DNA of 64,000 nucleotides from an uncultured Phycisphaerae bacterium (GTDB lineage Bacteria; Planctomycetota; Phycisphaerae; UBA1845; JANYLN01): NCBI GenBank assembly GCA_963767465.1, contig CAVYDW010000003.1, positions 848,116 to 912,115 of the forward strand, read 5' to 3'. Shown piece by piece: positions 60,157 to 64,000 of this stretch (position 1 is its first letter; each line of letters starts with the position of its first letter). The notes under the pieces were generated by a model. It saw only the letters and a program-made list of their open reading frames with translations, ran no database searches and was not told where the DNA came from. The position numbers and the translations under genes were made by a program.

Positions 60157-60600
60157 ATGACTCTTCCCTATTCAGAAGGCACTGCTTTCCTGGTTCCACT
60201 TAGACGCGGCGCATATGCTCGCGGGGTGGTCGCTCGCGCCAGTCCTAAAGGAAAGGTGTTGCTTGGGTATTTCTTTGGGCCGCGCCTAGCAGCGCCTGGC
60301 AATGTCATGCTAGGCGACCTGGATGCCAGCAACGCAGTCCTCAGGGTCATCTTCGGCGATCTTGGGCTGATCAAGGGAGAGTGGCGAATTCGCGGGCGCA
60401 TCCCCCATTGGGATCGGTCCAAGTGGCCTATGCCAGACTTCGTCAGGAGGGACCCGCTTGGAAAAAGAGGACCGCGGCTAGTAAGACATTCGGATGCCGA
60501 CCCTCTACTAATAGAGACAGAATACCCGATCGACGACGACTCTGGGATCGCGACCGAATCGCTTTATGGATACGGCGCTGTTGAGATTGAGACTCGGTAA
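60157..60600 (+). CDS. Imm26-like immunity protein
   Basis: YSEGTAFLVPL..YARGVVAR..GYFFGP..FGDLGLIKGEWRIRG..WPMPDF. Confidence 0.7.
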   Translation: MTLPYSEGTAFLVPLRRGAYARGVVARASPKGKVLLGYFFGPRLAAPGNVMLGDLDASNAVLRVIFGDLGLIKGEWRIRGRIPHWDRSKWPMPDFVRRDPLGKRGPRLVRHSDADPLLIETEYPIDDDSGIATESLYGYGAVEIETR

Positions 60601-60761
60601 GATTCTCGGTTAGGGGACACGTTGGATCATGGTAATCGGTGACACCATGGCAATTGCTCAAGGGAGCGGGTGGATTCGGGGACGTTGCTGATTATGGAGA
60701 TGCAGAACAACGACAGATGTCCGCGAATCCCAGATACGGTTAATATTCCATACGAGAGACC

Positions 60762-61472
60762 ATGACCAAAGCATTCAGAAGCCAAACATTCATGGATGTT
60801 GATGACAGAGAATCCGGCACCATCTTCAGCGATCTGGCGTTCTACCGGTGTCGCTTCGAAAGGTGCGCGGTTTCCATAACCCTGGATCCGGGCAAGCGCT
60901 CCACGTTCTGCAGAATGAAGATTGTCCAGTGTGAGGAGGTAAACTGTGGCATCTGGCCGGCCATCATCGAGGATGTCATGATCGACGGCCTGGAAACGGG
61001 ACAACTGCTCATTGCCAACGCCTGTGCCTACCGGCATGTTGTGCTGCGTGGAAAGGTTGGCAGCATCAAACTCCGTCGAGCAGTACCATACACCTCTTCC
61101 GTCCCCGCGTGGGGTGTCCCCCGTGTCCAAGAACGTATGGATCGGGCCAACGCGGAGTATTATGCCAAGGTCGATTGGGCGTTGGACATCTCCGAAGCAG
61201 AGTTCACTTCCGGGGAGGTCGAGGGAATACCGCTCGACTTGGTGCGCCGCGATCCAGAGACTCAAGTAATTGTCCGATCCAAAGCCATCCAAGAGGGCCT
61301 TTGGCGACAGGTCGACCTGTCCGGAACCTACCGGTCCGTGCTCCTGGACGCTTACGCCAGGAGGAATGTGAGCGACGGAATACTGGTTGCGCCCAAGGCC
61401 GCGCGGAACTTCAAGGATTTGCAGCGAGGCCTGATGGCGTTGCGTAGGGCGGGCATTGCAGAGCCAGACTGA
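60762..61472 (+). CDS. Hypothetical protein, probable orphan immunity protein
   Basis: Clean ORF inside the post-Rhs array; beta-solenoid-like N-terminus (FSDLAFYRCRFERC). Confidence 0.5.
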   Translation: MTKAFRSQTFMDVDDRESGTIFSDLAFYRCRFERCAVSITLDPGKRSTFCRMKIVQCEEVNCGIWPAIIEDVMIDGLETGQLLIANACAYRHVVLRGKVGSIKLRRAVPYTSSVPAWGVPRVQERMDRANAEYYAKVDWALDISEAEFTSGEVEGIPLDLVRRDPETQVIVRSKAIQEGLWRQVDLSGTYRSVLLDAYARRNVSDGILVAPKAARNFKDLQRGLMALRRAGIAEPD

Positions 61473-61477
61473 AAGAC

Positions 61478-61705
61478 GTGGAGACACCGCTGATCACGAA
61501 AAGGCGAAGAGTCAGTGATGTCCCGAATGGCGGCGTTAGGGTCCGGTATGGTACCCCGGGTAGCGTTCGGCCTGATGTCTTCGACACCAACACCGGGGCT
61601 GTATGGGACTATAAGTTTGGGACGGCCGGGTTGACCCAGCAGCGAGAGCAACAGTTCATGGAGAACGTGCCTGGTGCGACATCGGTTACAGAGGTGCGCC
61701 CTTGA
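61478..61705 (+). CDS. Orphan toxin tip, PD-(D/E)XK nuclease fold
   Basis: GSVRPDVFDTNTGAVWDYKFG; stop overlaps the next start (TTGA). Confidence 0.65.
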   Translation: METPLITKRRRVSDVPNGGVRVRYGTPGSVRPDVFDTNTGAVWDYKFGTAGLTQQREQQFMENVPGATSVTEVRP

Positions 61706-62376
61706 CCTCCTCCGCATTCTTAACTGGGCCTCGTGAGAGAAAGATCACCGAGGACTGGCAAAGGGAGATTCCCAGTCTCGGGGTCTATCGGCCTAGGTGG
61801 CTGCTGAGGCGTGTGGGCCCATTACTGGTAGGCATCTGCCTGGACCGTGATTCCAGCGGTGACATATACAAGCCCATATTCCATGTACACTGTCTGGGGC
61901 ATCCGTTCCCCGTCGTGTCCCTGACTCTTGCGACGCAACTTCGTTCCAAGCGCTCGGGCGGCCCTTCGTATGTTGAGGTGAAGTGGCACGAAGAGAAGTA
62001 CCTGGACGCGGCTGCAAGGATGGTACAGCAGTCCCTTTTGCCGCTGGAGGGCGATCTGCGGCTCGACAGCGTCATAGACGCTTACCGTCGCCACATGGCC
62101 ACCCCCATTGGCCGGCGGCAGCTGCCGATGCTTTATCGCGACACGGTCTTTCTGGCCGTGTGGCGCAAGAGCGGGACCGCGCGTTAAAGCTGTCTGACGG
62201 AGTGCATGCGGACGGTCGTGGACGAGGCGGCATTTCGTCACGTTGGTGGCCGGGCGGCACTTGACGCCGCATGCAAAAGGGCAATTGAGGACACTGAATC
62301 AGTGCGGCAGACTGTCGAGTCGCAGATTCTCGCACTGGACGTAGGACGTCTGCCCCTGTCGGATCTGAATCGCTGA
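61702..62376 (+). CDS. Probable immunity protein for the orphan tip (frameshifted after ~62165)
   Basis: Start overlaps the orphan tip's stop codon; coding-like sequence continues in other frames to TGA at 62376. Confidence 0.5.
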
Positions 62377-62563
62377 AGATCCGGAGTCGCAGGCTGGACG
62401 CCGGAGAACTGGCGCCACTCGGCAGACGTGATCCGTCAGTCCGCGATAGCGCGAGTTCGACTTGACGATCGACCAGCGGCGCCAGTGACTTAACTGGAGA
62501 TAGAACTCTGGAATGGCGGACCGAGTGTCTCTCGGTCCGGTGCGACTACAGGAGATGATCACG

Positions 62564-63899
62564 ATGGGAACCGTCAGATTGCACGTGGCAAGCCTCGCGG
62601 GTATCCTCTGCCTGGCTTCCTACCTGCCGGCGGCGACGCTCAGCCTCAAGATCGAGCCGACCACCTGTACCACCGTTTGGCCCGGCGGGACTGTCAACTA
62701 TCGCATTACAGGCACCCTTTCCGCTGAGGATGGCAATCTTGGCCTGGCCACCTTCGGGGTCGACGTGCACACCAACACCGGCATTTCCCAGCGCCCGGCC
62801 AACAGTGTCGACGCCACCATGCCCTTCGCTCCACCTCTCGGATACAACCCCGCCGGCTTCGGGGGCACGCCGGACACCGCCGGGAACCTGGTGCAGGTGG
62901 GCGGTGCAGAACACCATCGCCAACACCGGCAACTCAGGCAGCCCACGCACCCCTCGCGGCTCAGTCGCTACTGGAGTGGGACTGGCCGCGGATACGCCTC
63001 TAGTAGCTGGGCAGGTGACACTGCCCAGCCCGGCAGGCACCTACACTGTCAGCCTGGCCAACGGCTTTGCCGGGGTGTTGCGGGCGGGCGGCCCCCGTCC
63101 AGGGACCTCCATACACCCTGTGGACACTGCCGATGTGACCTTTACCACATCCATCTTCACGGTGACGGTCAGCACGGATCCAGCCAGCCCGCTGAGCGTG
63201 GATGCCGGCACTGGGGGCTGGACCTACGAGACCATGCAGATCAACCTGCAGGCCAGCGTAGCCAATCCCAATAACTATCCGCTGATCTACTCCTGGGCTC
63301 AGACTGCCGGGGCACCCGGCACGCTGGGAGACTTCCAGTCGCTGGGTCTGGCCTTTACCGCTCCGGAGGTCCAGACCCTCCAGGACGCTGCTTTGAGCCT
63401 GGCCATAACTGCCTCGTCTGACTGCAACGCGCAGGGGACTGGCAGCGTGGACGTGCAGGTGCGACTAATGGGCGACTGCTATCCAGATGAAGGCGACAAC
63501 AGTGTGGACGTAGAAGACCTGTTGACCTTGGCAGACGCTTTCGGCAGTGTTGAGGGTGATGCCGACTACAATGCGCTATGCGATTTTAACAGCGACGGTA
63601 GTATCGACGTGCTAGATCTGTTGTACATTGCTGACAACTTCGGCCGGTCGCTCGCCTCACAGCAGGGTCAGTCGCGCATGATGTTCAGCGCCATAGGCGG
63701 GGCCTTAGTCGCCGAGGGCCAGCGCAGCTTGCGGTCTGCGACCTCGGACGACGCATCTAGCCTGCGCGACATGAACGTCTACGAGGCCCTGGAGTACACC
63801 GGCCTGATGGATGTCTACCTGGAGTATCTAGTCTACGCATCCGGAAGCCGGACGGTAGTGTCCCCCGTCCATGTGGCACTGGCGGGATCGTCGGCATGA
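62564..63899 (+). CDS. Secreted protein: cohesin-like beta-sandwich, PKD/REJ-like domain, type-I-like dockerin (frameshift near 62910)
   Basis: AGGAG RBS, signal peptide; YSWAQTAG..FTAPEV PKD motif; GDCYPDEGDNSVDVEDLLTLADAFG and DFNSDGSIDVLDLLYIADNFG paired EF-hand loops. Confidence 0.7.
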
Positions 63900-64000
63900 T
63901 ACAGTTAAGGGTGAACCGTGCGCTGGCAAGGACCCCTCCGTGTGGGGGGTAGAAAGGTTGCCGCAGCCACTCTTGCGTGCGGCGCGGATGCATCCAGTGA

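Noticed and set aside
60600-60760. A further decayed orphan toxin tip before 60762
   Set aside because: Only short broken frames with no recognisable motif.

Overview
High-GC bacterial DNA. Gene content (dockerin-bearing secreted proteins, DUF2617, HEAT-repeat protein) suggests Planctomycetota/Phycisphaerae; this is inference. Single-base frameshifts occur even in thrS and leuS, so most split genes are probably long-read assembly errors rather than pseudogenes. Layout: a nested mobile-element cluster (ISKra4-like fragment, RAYT, IS66) at 1.1-4.0 kb; a sugar ABC operon with a Zn-dehydrogenase; a lone HerA-like ATPase; thrS-infC-rpmI-rplT; a HEAT-repeat protein; Cache protein plus MCP; RND and MacAB-type exporters; GH127; a YtrA-regulated ABC operon; a SIR2-like domain fused to 16 near-identical 114-bp TPR repeats; leuS and tRNA-Ser(TGA); then an island with an IS66-interrupted giant secreted Rhs toxin, an immunity/orphan-toxin array and a cohesin-like/dockerin protein. 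Two candidates stand out. (1) The SIR2-TPR protein, whose repeats come in two charge-opposite types ordered ABBAAAAB twice. (2) The Rhs toxin, which carries a dockerin and a beta-propeller apparently inserted into its scaffold and lies near a cohesin-like/dockerin gene.
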